A stretch of DNA of 55,158 nucleotides from an uncultured Candidatus Kuenenia sp. (GTDB lineage: Bacteria; Planctomycetota; Phycisphaerae; Sedimentisphaerales; CAMDDF01), in NCBI GenBank assembly GCA_964542055.1, contig CAZITB010000001.1:1-55158 (forward strand), given 5' to 3'. Below, piece by piece: positions 16,076-25,230 of the stretch. Position numbers and translations under genes: made by a program. Numbering within the stretch: position 1 is the stretch's first letter; each line of letters opens with the position of its first letter. The notes under the pieces are model-generated. The model searched no databases. It had not been told where the DNA came from and saw only the letters and a list, made by a program, of their open reading frames with translations.

Positions 16076-18949
16076 TTACCAGTTAAACCTGCTCTGCCAA
16101 CTGCCTTTTAACTCATCAATACTTGCCTCGATCAACTTCTTGCTACCATCACTAACTTTCAGGGAATTGCTTTCAACAATCTCACCAATTTGACCAAACG
16201 GAACATTAAGCATGATCTTGGCAAACTCATTGTAATTTTCCGGCTTGACTTCAATAACATACCTGCTGTTAGACTCGCTAAAGAGCTTCGCGAAACTCTT
16301 AACACAATCACTTGAAACCGGCAGTCCCGCCAGATCAGCTTCAACGCCCAGACCACCCGCAAAAGCCATCTCCGCAAGCGCCACAGCTATTCCGCCCTCA
16401 CTGCAGTCATGACAGCTTCGAACGATTCCTGCCTGAATAGCCTTATAAACTCTCGCCGCAATTTCCGGTCCAAGCTCCAGATCAACCACCGGAACACCCG
16501 CGCCAAGTTCACCATTGATCTTATAATAATGCGATCCGCCAAGCTCATTTTTCGTCAGCCCGACCATAAACAACAGATTCCCTTTTTCTTTCAAATCCAT
16601 CGTCACACACTTATCCACATCATCAACAATACTCAATGCACTTATAAGCAGCGTCGAAGGTATTGTTATACGGGTACCGTCTTCACGTTGAAATTCGTTG
16701 TTCAGCGAATCCTTACCCGAAATAAACGGAGCACCATACGCCATCGCACCATCATGGCAAGCCTGTGCGGCTCGAACAAGCGAACCGAACGTCTGCTCCC
16801 TAGTGCAATTACCCCAGCAGAAATTATCCAGCAGAGCTACTCTGTCAGGCCTTCCGCCAACACAAACGATATTCCTCACCGCTTCATCTATTCCCGAAAG
16901 AGCCATCTGATATGGATCAATATCGCCGTACATCGGGTTCATCCCGCAGCTAAGCGCAACACCCTTATCCGAATCATACTTGGGCTTGACTACCGCCGCA
17001 TCCGAAGGCCCGTCATTGGCTACGCCCGTCAAAGGCTTGATCACAGACCCGCCCTGCACTTCGTGGTCATACTGCCTGATGATCCATTCTTTACTCGCAA
17101 CATTGTAACTGGCAAGAATCTTATGCAAATCATCATTATAACTGCCCTTTTCTTCCAGAACCGGCTCAGATAACTTGACCTTATCAAAACGCGCCTTGCG
17201 AGTATATTTTGGTACACCATCATGCAGAAATTCCATATCGATCTGCCCAACTTCAACACCCTCATACCTCAGCGTCAACTTTTTATCATCTGTAAAACGC
17301 CCGATCACGGTAGCTTCAACGTTCTCAGCCTTGAAAATCTTCATAATAGCCTCAAGATTCTCCGGCTTAACAGAAATAACCATCCTCTCCTGTGCTTCGC
17401 TGATCCATATCTCGGCATAACTCAAACCCGCATACTTCAGCGGAACCTTCTCAAGATCAACTTCCACACCGGTTTCCTCACCCATCTCACCAACCGCACT
17501 GCTAAGCCCGCCCGCACCGCAATCGGTTATCGAATCATAAAGCTCCGCATCTCGCGCCTGTATTATCGTATCAAGCACTTTCTTCTCGGTTATCGCGTTA
17601 CCGATCTGCACCGCGTGAGCAAATTCCGTCTCATGCTCGTGAGTCATCTCTCCGCTGGAAAAAGTCGCTCCGTGAATACCGTCTCGTCCGGTCCTTCCGC
17701 CGACCACAACAACCAGATTGCCCGGCTTGGACGTTTTAAAACATTTATCCGCCGGCAAAATACCAAGATTACCGCAAAATACAAGCGGGTTCGCCATATA
17801 TCTGTCATCGAAATAAACCGCACCGTTTACCGTCGGTATTCCCATCCTGTTTCCGTAATCCCTAACGCCAGAAACCACACCCTTCATTATCCGCCTCGGA
17901 TGCAGCACACCTTTGGGAATCTCATCAAGCCCTTTATCCGGCTCAGCAAAACAGAATATATCCGTATTGGCAATTGGCTTTGCTCCCATCCCTGTCCCCA
18001 TCGGGTCACGAATAACACCGCCAATACCTGTCGCCGCACCACCATAAGGATCAAGTGCCGAAGGATGGTTATGAGTCTCAACCTTAAAACAAACCGCATC
18101 ATCTTCATCAAATTCAACCACCCCGGCATTATCTGCAAATACCGAAATGCACCACGGCTTATTGAGTTGCTTGGTCGCGTTAAAAACCGTATCTTTCAAA
18201 AGATTATCAAAATGATACTTCTTGCCTTCATATTCGAACTCAACACTGCTTTTCAATGTCTTATGCACACAATGTTCCGACCATGTCTGGGCCAGCGTCT
18301 CCAATTCAACATCGCTAGGTTCCCTGCTGATAGATTTGAAATAATCCTGAATCTGTTTCATCTCTTTAAGATCAAGGAACATGTCCATATCTTTGCTGAG
18401 TTTCTCCAGCCCCGCATCATCCAACCCTAAAATAGGAACAGTAATAACATTTAGCTGGTACGGCCTCGTATGCGGACTCGGCGGCTCACCCTGCATTCCC
18501 GAAATAACATCCTCGATACAGTCATTTGCCAGAACCCGCCTCTGAATAAGCTCCAACTGCTCATCGGACAATTCACCGACAATTTCATACTTCCGTGCTG
18601 TCCTTACCATCTCGACATCGACATCCATATCCGCCAGCGCTATCTCAACCGACCTGGCAACCGGATCTGTTACACCGCTTTTCAAATGCACCTCAAGTAT
18701 ATGCGAATTTTCAACACTCCTGTCCTTTTTGCCGATAAAATATTCCTCGCTGACAGAATCGGTCAAAAGCTCCCGGGCTACCCTCTCAGCCGCCGCATCA
18801 TCAAAGTTACCATCTATCAAAAAAACCCTGGTAAACTTCACATCTTTAACGGTATCGATTCCCAGTTCAACTATATCGTGATGTGCTGCTTTGCCGCTGA
18901 CATCAGTAACATTTTCCTTGTTGAATATTTCAAATCTGAAATGTGCCAT
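16076..18949 (-). CDS. purL: phosphoribosylformylglycinamidine synthase subunit PurL with fused N-terminal PurS-like region
   Basis: FGAM synthase core motifs (ETHNHPSA, DCGAGGLSSAVGEM). About 150 N-terminal residues are PurS-like. ATG at 18949 is preferred over the TTG at 18958. Confidence 0.9.
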   Translation of the reverse strand: MAHFRFEIFNKENVTDVSGKAAHHDIVELGIDTVKDVKFTRVFLIDGNFDDAAAERVARELLTDSVSEEYFIGKKDRSVENSHILEVHLKSGVTDPVARSVEIALADMDVDVEMVRTARKYEIVGELSDEQLELIQRRVLANDCIEDVISGMQGEPPSPHTRPYQLNVITVPILGLDDAGLEKLSKDMDMFLDLKEMKQIQDYFKSISREPSDVELETLAQTWSEHCVHKTLKSSVEFEYEGKKYHFDNLLKDTVFNATKQLNKPWCISVFADNAGVVEFDEDDAVCFKVETHNHPSALDPYGGAATGIGGVIRDPMGTGMGAKPIANTDIFCFAEPDKGLDEIPKGVLHPRRIMKGVVSGVRDYGNRMGIPTVNGAVYFDDRYMANPLVFCGNLGILPADKCFKTSKPGNLVVVVGGRTGRDGIHGATFSSGEMTHEHETEFAHAVQIGNAITEKKVLDTIIQARDAELYDSITDCGAGGLSSAVGEMGEETGVEVDLEKVPLKYAGLSYAEIWISEAQERMVISVKPENLEAIMKIFKAENVEATVIGRFTDDKKLTLRYEGVEVGQIDMEFLHDGVPKYTRKARFDKVKLSEPVLEEKGSYNDDLHKILASYNVASKEWIIRQYDHEVQGGSVIKPLTGVANDGPSDAAVVKPKYDSDKGVALSCGMNPMYGDIDPYQMALSGIDEAVRNIVCVGGRPDRVALLDNFCWGNCTREQTFGSLVRAAQACHDGAMAYGAPFISGKDSLNNEFQREDGTRITIPSTLLISALSIVDDVDKCVTMDLKEKGNLLFMVGLTKNELGGSHYYKINGELGAGVPVVDLELGPEIAARVYKAIQAGIVRSCHDCSEGGIAVALAEMAFAGGLGVEADLAGLPVSSDCVKSFAKLFSESNSRYVIEVKPENYNEFAKIMLNVPFGQIGEIVESNSLKVSDGSKKLIEASIDELKGSWQSRFNW

Positions 18950-18961
18950 CAAATACAACCT

Positions 18962-19837
18962 TTATGTAAGAATTTCACCTTTATTTATTTTGTAATCTAT
19001 CAGCTTGGCCCGTTTATCACGAGCCTTGTTGAGCAGTTTTTCAATTTTATCCGGGTCACCCGAAACTATCGCCGCTTTCAACTTGTTCAGTTCTTTAATA
19101 ACATTATCTATATCTTTAACCGTATTTTTGGAATTGGTAACAAAAATATCCGACCATACGTTCGCCGGACCCGAAGCGATCCTCGAAGTATCAAGAAATC
19201 CACGCCCTGCCAACTTCAAATCCTCGAACCTGGACGCATTGACCAGTGCCGCCGCCATCAGATGCGGCAAATGGCTGATCGAACCCAGCATCCTGTCATG
19301 TTTAACCGGGCTCATCTCATAAATAAACGACCCCAGCTTTTCCCAAAATTCTATGACAGTTTTAACAGCTTCTTTGTTAGCATTCGCATCGGACGTAACT
19401 ATACAGCTGGCACTGTTAAAAAGATCGTCCCTGGCAAATTCCAGACCACGCTTTTCCGAACCGGCTATCGGATGTGAGCCAACATAGTAAGCCTTTTTCG
19501 TCAGCCTCTTTTTTGCCCACTTATGAGCAAGCACCTTGGTAGAACCAACATCGGTAACAATACACCCGTTCTTGATAAACTCAGAAATTAACTTAAAATA
19601 CTCTTCAAACTTACCGATCGGCGTTGCCAGTATCACAATATCAGCATTTTTAACCGCTGACTCCACATTATCACAAATAATATCGGCTATTTCAAATTCT
19701 ACCGCCTTCTTCCGGGTGGATTCACGGTGAGAATAACCAACCGTTTTTACTCCAGGCAAAGAACGTTTGATCGCCAGCGTAACCGACCCGCCAAGCAAAC
19801 CGACACCAATTACTGTTATTTGTTTGATTTTCTGCAT
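18962..19837 (-). CDS. tyrA: prephenate dehydrogenase
   Basis: N-terminal Rossmann motif VIGVGLLGGS and the GSHPIAG catalytic motif. 291 aa. Confidence 0.8.
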   Translation of the reverse strand: MQKIKQITVIGVGLLGGSVTLAIKRSLPGVKTVGYSHRESTRKKAVEFEIADIICDNVESAVKNADIVILATPIGKFEEYFKLISEFIKNGCIVTDVGSTKVLAHKWAKKRLTKKAYYVGSHPIAGSEKRGLEFARDDLFNSASCIVTSDANANKEAVKTVIEFWEKLGSFIYEMSPVKHDRMLGSISHLPHLMAAALVNASRFEDLKLAGRGFLDTSRIASGPANVWSDIFVTNSKNTVKDIDNVIKELNKLKAAIVSGDPDKIEKLLNKARDKRAKLIDYKINKGEILT

Positions 19838-20059
19838 TAGAAATCGAAATTTATAAAGAGAATCTGACCGGCAGAGTGCTTATCAAAAAATCTAATCTCT
19901 TATTCCAGCTAAACTTACACAGTATCGCTAAAAATTATAAACAGTAAAAGTATACGCGCACACTCGCAATGTCAATTTTTTTCTTTAATTTAACCATGGA
20001 AAATGTTATTTTAATCGCACAATTAGGTTTTTGTTAGTTTTAGTTATGGTTTGGAATCT

Positions 20060-21148
20060 ATGGATAAATTAGAAAATATAAATTTGGACTCCGCCCAGTA
20101 TCTTGAATTTGAAAAAAATGTCGCCCAACTCGACACAAGCATCAAACAGCTCAGGGAACTTGGCAAAAAAGACAACATGGATTACTCCGCCGAAATTCTC
20201 AAACTTCAGCGAAGACAGGTCCAGGAGTTAAAAGACATCTACGAAAACCTCAGCCCATGGCAAACCGTCCAGGTCGCCCGGCACCCCCAACGTCCATTGC
20301 TGACCGACTATATCAATTTAATGGTTAAAGATTTTCGCGAATTGCACGGCGACCGCTGTTTCGGCGATGGTCGAGCAATCGTCACCGGCTTAGGCCAGAT
20401 AGGCCATTATAAAGTAATGCTCGTCGGCCAAAACAAAGGACGCGATATAAAAGATAAAATCGCATGCAACTTCGGCTGTCCCAACCCTGAAGAATACCGC
20501 AAGGCACTGGCCAAAATGAAACTCGCTGAAAAGTTCGGCCTGCCTATTGTAACATTGATAGACACCCCCGGCGCATATCCCGGAATCGGTGCCGAAGAAA
20601 GAGGCCAGGCACAAGCTATCGCTCTAAACCTTATGGAAATGAGCAGGCTTAAAGTACCTATTGTCTGTATCGTAATCGGCGAAGGCGGCAGCGGCGGAGC
20701 TCTGGGTATCGGCGTCGGAGATAAAATGGCAATTTTGGAATACGCGTATTATTCGGTTATCTCTCCAGAAGGCTGTGCAGCCATTCTTTGGAGAGACGGA
20801 GCACAGGCCCCCAGCGCAGCAGACGCGCTAAAACTTACCAGCAAGGACCTCCACAGACTAGGCCTGATCGATACGGTCATCAAAGAACCTCTAGGCGGCG
20901 CTCACAGAAATGTTCACGATACTATTTACAATGTCGAACAATTTATCACAAAAACTCTTCGCAGCCTTAACAGAACAAAGATAGATACACTCATCGATAA
21001 CAGGTACAAAAAACTAAGAAACCTCGGCTCTGAAACTATCGGAACTTACACTCAAAAAAAAACTCAACCCCAAATTCGGATAGCCGAAAACAAGCCTAAA
21101 ACAACAAAAAAATCCCATCTAGCAAGTGCAAATATCATAAACCATTAA
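20060..21148 (+). CDS. accA: acetyl-CoA carboxylase carboxyltransferase alpha subunit
   Basis: AccA motifs (RHPQRP, TLIDTPGAYPG, GEGGSGGALG). ATG at 20060 is preferred over the TTG at 20051. Carries a C-terminal Lys/Thr-rich extension of about 40 aa. Confidence 0.9.
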   Translation: MDKLENINLDSAQYLEFEKNVAQLDTSIKQLRELGKKDNMDYSAEILKLQRRQVQELKDIYENLSPWQTVQVARHPQRPLLTDYINLMVKDFRELHGDRCFGDGRAIVTGLGQIGHYKVMLVGQNKGRDIKDKIACNFGCPNPEEYRKALAKMKLAEKFGLPIVTLIDTPGAYPGIGAEERGQAQAIALNLMEMSRLKVPIVCIVIGEGGSGGALGIGVGDKMAILEYAYYSVISPEGCAAILWRDGAQAPSAADALKLTSKDLHRLGLIDTVIKEPLGGAHRNVHDTIYNVEQFITKTLRSLNRTKIDTLIDNRYKKLRNLGSETIGTYTQKKTQPQIRIAENKPKTTKKSHLASANIINH

Positions 21149-21238
21149 ATTGCTTTATGCCGACAAGGCGGCACATGGCCCCTGATCATACTGTTTCCGG
21201 AGGATTCGCCGTTAGATGTAAATACTGACCCTCCAAAT

Positions 21239-22210
21239 TCAGCACCTTTTGGCGAGGATGACAGCCCGCACCGGCGCGGGATGGCCCTCAATGGTCTTGG
21301 CCGGGTCGACTGGGTCCAAAAAATCTTCAAGCGACTCAAACGTCATCCACTGAGTCTTTGACTGCTCAGCCGCGGTGGTCCTTGTAACATCAATAACCCT
21401 TATATTCCCAAAGCCCGCTCTGCTTATCCAATCGGTGAGGGTCTTAATCGATGGTATTGCAAAAACATTTCGCATCTTGGCGTAACGGCCTTTTGGTTTT
21501 AAACAATCGCAATCCTTGCCCTCGATCACCAGCGTCTCGATTACCGCCTGACCGCCGGGTGCCAGCAGATTACGTATATGATTGAGGTGCTCCAGCGGGT
21601 CCCTGCGGTGGTAAAGCACGCCCATCGAGAAGATGCTGTCGAAACATCCGTCCTCCTTTGGAATATCCTCGATACCCAGCGGCAGCACTGCGACATTTTC
21701 TAAACCAGCGTAACGGTTAACTGCATGAAACTGCATTACATAGAGCAAAAAGGGATCGATGCCGATTACCCCCGAGGGCCGGTCTTGTGCCATACGGAAA
21801 CAATGATAGCCGTTGCCGCAGCCGATATCCAAAACGAGCTTGCCCTCCAGCGGGTCAATGTGATCCTTTAGCCGGTCCCATTTGAGATCGCTGCGCCACT
21901 CGGTATCGATATGGGTGCCAAACAGCTCAAAGGGCCCCTTCCGCCACGGATGAAACTGCTTCAGACATTCTGCAATTCTTGCCCGGGTCTCCTCGCTGCA
22001 ATCGTCTGCACTGCCGATACAAACCGTCGAACCAAGGTCTATGACCGATGGTTCAATCTCGGGCAGGCCATCCAGCCCAGCTAGCCATTTTTCCAAATCG
22101 CCGTGTCTGATGTTTTGAACCGCGGTTATAGTATCCCGGCAGAGCCGCTGGGCAATATCACCGATGCCGGTCTGCTCAAGGCAGTCAAAGAATTTACCGT
22201 AATCGATCAT
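21239..22210 (-). CDS. cmoB: tRNA U34 carboxymethyltransferase
   Basis: 323 aa, the typical CmoB length. SAM-MTase motif VLDIGCGNGY, paired with cmoA through a 4-nt overlap. G+C is markedly higher than the flanks. Confidence 0.8.
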   Translation of the reverse strand: MIDYGKFFDCLEQTGIGDIAQRLCRDTITAVQNIRHGDLEKWLAGLDGLPEIEPSVIDLGSTVCIGSADDCSEETRARIAECLKQFHPWRKGPFELFGTHIDTEWRSDLKWDRLKDHIDPLEGKLVLDIGCGNGYHCFRMAQDRPSGVIGIDPFLLYVMQFHAVNRYAGLENVAVLPLGIEDIPKEDGCFDSIFSMGVLYHRRDPLEHLNHIRNLLAPGGQAVIETLVIEGKDCDCLKPKGRYAKMRNVFAIPSIKTLTDWISRAGFGNIRVIDVTRTTAAEQSKTQWMTFESLEDFLDPVDPAKTIEGHPAPVRAVILAKRC

Positions 22211-22944
22211 CTCTTAAATGCCGCGATGGAAACGAAGTTAAAGCATCTAAACCACAGGTAGCTCTCGCCAAACCCAGCCGCCTTCAGCCTTTGAAAATGG
22301 CCATCGATGGTATCGGGCAAAAGCACGTTTTCCAGCGACTTTCGCTTCTGGCTGACCTCCAGATCACTGTAGCCGTTTAGCTTCTTAAAGTGATGGTGCA
22401 TATCCATCTGGAACTCTTGCTCTTTTTGGTCTTCGAACTTAACCTTCTCCGACAACAGCAGCGCCCCGCCATCCAGCATGGAATCGAATATCCGCCTGAC
22501 AAGCTCATCGCGCTTCTGCGGCGAGAAAAACTGCAGGGTATAATTTAACACCACGATGGAGGCATTATGAATTTCCAGCTGGTCAATGTCGCCCTCGATC
22601 ACCTCGACCGGTACCGGTGAGATATCGGCAGCGATAATCTGACGAGCCCGTCCAACCATCGCCGGTGAGTTATCGACCGCTATGATCTTGCAATTTGGCT
22701 TGTCGATCCCCCGGCGCATCGCCAGCGTTGATGCACCAAGTGAACAGCCCAGGTCATAGCAATTGGAATCGCTCTGTGCAAAATGCTCTGCAAAAACCTT
22801 GCACATCGCCACTGCAGTCGCGTAGCCGGGCACCGAGCGGCGTATCATATCGTCAAAGACAGCAGCGACGCTGTCATCGAAGACGAAATCAGCCACCTTG
22901 TCGCGGTAGTGCAAATATATGTTATCAATATTACTGTCCATCAA
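22207..22944 (-). CDS. cmoA: carboxy-S-adenosyl-L-methionine synthase
   Basis: 245 aa. CmoA-like N-terminus (VADFVFDDSVAAVFDDMIRRSVPGY) and the MTase motif YDLGCSLGA. Confidence 0.8.
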   Translation of the reverse strand: MMDSNIDNIYLHYRDKVADFVFDDSVAAVFDDMIRRSVPGYATAVAMCKVFAEHFAQSDSNCYDLGCSLGASTLAMRRGIDKPNCKIIAVDNSPAMVGRARQIIAADISPVPVEVIEGDIDQLEIHNASIVVLNYTLQFFSPQKRDELVRRIFDSMLDGGALLLSEKVKFEDQKEQEFQMDMHHHFKKLNGYSDLEVSQKRKSLENVLLPDTIDGHFQRLKAAGFGESYLWFRCFNFVSIAAFKR

Positions 22945-23254
22945 ACTACAGCATTTCGGTAAATTTAATACTTTTTTTTATCTTACTAATAATACATAAC
23001 AACCATTAATATTCAAATATTTTTACATATTAATCGAACAAAATCTAATACCCATCAGATATTTTACCCTCTATCACATTTATACTTGATTTTCCCAAAT
23101 TCCAGCGTATCATATACATATAGACGTACTTTGACTTCTTTTGACTTCACAAACCTTTTTTATGAAATTAGGGTTTGGTTAAGATTAAGCCTTTTTTTGT
23201 ATTTTAATATAAAAATACTAATTGGTCACTTTAATCTTTTTAGGAGGTCATATT

Positions 23255-24826
23255 ATGAAAACTTTTCTAAATTTTATCTTACTTTTCCTGTGCTTTTGTT
23301 TTGTATCATCAGCCATAGCTGGCTATCAGGCATCCGGGAAAATCTACACTTCATCAGGAGGCGTTAAATCGCCAGCCAGTGGAGCAACTGGTACTTTAAG
23401 CACTAACAACGGATCAAGCACCACTCCTATGACAACCAGTAATCAGAATAGCAACTGGTACGCAGGCTGGTCATCTGGCGATTTGAGCGGCAAACAAATG
23501 CGAGGAAGTGCATATTTAGGTTCTTTCATGGGTTCTTATAGCTGGTATGCTTCATCAACGGGCGTAGATAAGGGTAAGGATATTACCCTCTATTCAACCA
23601 TTGCATACAATCCCGGCCTTGGTATTGACATGGAAACCCTCGCATTTACAGGTCCGGGGCCTCAGGCTCCTGTAGGAGTTGCGGTAATAAATAACACCGG
23701 AGTACCAATTGAGATTACCGGATTTAGTGCCAATTTAGCTTTTGATGAAAGTAAAATTATGCTTAACGGCGCTTTACCTCCGCCGGATTCATTCTTTGAT
23801 GTTTTTTGGGAATTGCCTGAACCTAATAACGCTGGCGTAACAGGAAACAGCACACAAGGTCCTGTGGTAATACAACCAGAACAATCTTTTGTATTATTTA
23901 ATTGCGAACTTGAGGTTCTTCCCTTTAGCTCAAGAGATATGACAAGTTTCAAATTCAACCTTCATCTTGATATTTCATCACCAATGGGTATTGAGCCAGA
24001 TGCTGTTCCGCATGAAGCATCAATAATTCTCGGCAGCTTGGAACAAGAAGACCCTTATTTGGCATTGAATACAGAAATCGACTGGGCAGATGTTAATATC
24101 TTACCTATGCTTTCAGAAGAATTTGAGGGTTATCTAATGCAGTGGCAAGACCCTGAAAATCTTCAGTATCCATCTTTACCATATCCTGCAGACCCATTCT
24201 TACCTCCGGAACTTTATGTTTATGAAGGCGATGGAACCGAAGGAGGCGAACCGAATGAGCCAGGCCTTGTTATGAGGTGGGGTGATGACACTACTACTGA
24301 TGGCAACTATACATCGGCATGGAAATATTCTTATGACGATGACCCGGATTATACTAATTGTATAATTAGCGTAACGGTTATCGCCCCGCAGTTTAGCCCG
24401 ACTCCGCCTAATAACCAAATAAACAAGGTATCACTTGGTATGCAAAATATCCCTGCTATTGGCGGAGCGGTTCGTTCGTGGTACTGGAATTGTGGACCTG
24501 GTCAGCCAATTCCGTGGAATACTCCTGTAACTATTACTATTGACACCTCAAAAACAGGTGTAACAGCTGCAACAAATCGGGATCATCCCCGGCTCGATGG
24601 CCACACCCGGCTTTGTCGTTCGCGGCAAAGGCAACGAGCAATCGCTCAATTCCGCCGCCCATGGCGCGGGCAGGCGGATGAGTCGAAAGGCGGCCAAAAA
24701 GGACCTGACCTGGGGCTCACTGACCGAGTTTCTAAAACAAAAAGGTGTAACGCTGCTCTCGGCGGGACTGGACGAATCGCCCATGGCATACAAGGATATC
24801 GAAAAGGTAATGGCTGCTCAAAGTGA
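23255..24826 (+). CDS. secreted protein of unknown function, with its native frame lost at about 24570
   Basis: AGGAGG RBS at 23242-23247 and signal peptide MKTFLNFILLFLCFCFVSSAIAG. After about 24570 the frame gives an Arg-rich junk tail (RLCRSRQRQRAIAQFRRPWRG). Over the same DNA another frame encodes the RtcB C-terminus. About 85 codons are out-of-frame read-through of that rtcB remnant. Confidence 0.6.
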   Translation: MKTFLNFILLFLCFCFVSSAIAGYQASGKIYTSSGGVKSPASGATGTLSTNNGSSTTPMTTSNQNSNWYAGWSSGDLSGKQMRGSAYLGSFMGSYSWYASSTGVDKGKDITLYSTIAYNPGLGIDMETLAFTGPGPQAPVGVAVINNTGVPIEITGFSANLAFDESKIMLNGALPPPDSFFDVFWELPEPNNAGVTGNSTQGPVVIQPEQSFVLFNCELEVLPFSSRDMTSFKFNLHLDISSPMGIEPDAVPHEASIILGSLEQEDPYLALNTEIDWADVNILPMLSEEFEGYLMQWQDPENLQYPSLPYPADPFLPPELYVYEGDGTEGGEPNEPGLVMRWGDDTTTDGNYTSAWKYSYDDDPDYTNCIISVTVIAPQFSPTPPNNQINKVSLGMQNIPAIGGAVRSWYWNCGPGQPIPWNTPVTITIDTSKTGVTAATNRDHPRLDGHTRLCRSRQRQRAIAQFRRPWRGQADESKGGQKGPDLGLTDRVSKTKRCNAALGGTGRIAHGIQGYRKGNGCSK

Positions 24827-24902
24827 CCTGGTAGAAATCATCGCCCGCTTTGACCCAAAAATAGTAAAAATGGCCACACCCGGCCAGCGCCCCGAAGATT
24901 GA
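24576..24902 (+). pseudogene. rtcB: 3' remnant of RNA ligase rtcB (C-terminal ~109 codons only)
   Basis: The translation IIPGSMATPGFVVRGKGNEQSLNSAAHGAGRRMSR...SPMAYKDIEKVMAAQSDLVEII matches the conserved RtcB C-terminus. A TAA at 24561-24563 closes the frame upstream. No N-terminal three quarters is present. Confidence 0.8.
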
Positions 24903-24918
24903 TCATTTTTAATCGCTG

Positions 24919-24938
24919 ACACCCGCGGGGTGTTTTTT
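24919..24938 (+). terminator. rho-independent terminator after the rtcB remnant
   Basis: ACACCC-GCG-GGGTGT hairpin followed by TTTTTT. Confidence 0.55.
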
Positions 24939-24941
24939 CTT

Positions 24942-25002
24942 AGCCACTGATTAACTCAGATTAACACAGACACCCACCGTGATTGATTATTGACTTATGA
25001 CA
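24942..25002 (+). repeat. composite repeat: module A plus a short module B
   Basis: Read directly. Module A is AGCCACTGAT followed by two 10-bp CAGA units. The short module B is CACCCACCGTG followed by three heptads. An imperfect inverted copy of module A lies at 28631-28659. Confidence 0.5.
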
Positions 25003-25058
25003 CAGAAATGTCATTCCTGCGGCCTTACTCATGTGCCCGATGGCACCAGGAATCCTGA

Positions 25059-25128
25059 CACCCACAGGGTGATTGATTATTGACTTATAACTATTGACTA
25101 ATTAACTATTGACTGATGACCATTGATT
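25059..25128 (+). repeat. module B repeat: hairpin followed by eight ATTGACT-like heptads
   Basis: The hairpin is CACCCACAGGGTG. The heptads parse as ATTGATT ATTGACT TATAACT ATTGACT AATTAACT ATTGACT GATGACC ATTGATT. A direct-orientation copy lies at 28058-28125. Confidence 0.6.
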
Positions 25129-25230
25129 ATTTTTTTGAATCCTGAGATCTGAAATCTGACACCCAAACAATGATACTTAAAATCCACGGGGTGTTTTTTC
25201 TTTCTAATCATTATCGGGCGGGTCATATAT

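Noticed and set aside
16409-19477. Long plus-strand ORFs: 16409-17173 (254 aa), 17222-18430 (402 aa) and 18470-19477 (335 aa)
   Set aside because: They lie antisense to purL and tyrA, which have unmistakable motifs. Their translations are Arg/Ile/Asn/Phe-rich low-complexity strings with no recognisable domains. These are classic shadow ORFs.
23170-23195. Tandem TTTGACTTC units as a promoter for the secreted-protein gene
   Set aside because: The -35-like TTGACT copies lack a convincing -10 at 16-18-nt spacing, so no promoter was called.
24597-24902. The 101-aa ORF as a stand-alone small gene
   Set aside because: It is colinear with only the last quarter of RtcB. Homology continues upstream of its ATG to about 24576, and it lacks an RBS. 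It is treated as a pseudogene remnant.
25157-25200. Second terminator-like element (ACACCC ... GGGGTGTTTTTT) as the terminator of the 901-aa gene
   Set aside because: Its T-run is on the plus strand, which is the wrong orientation for the minus-strand gene ending at 25231. It looks like a copy of the 24919 hairpin split by about 23 nt of inserted sequence.
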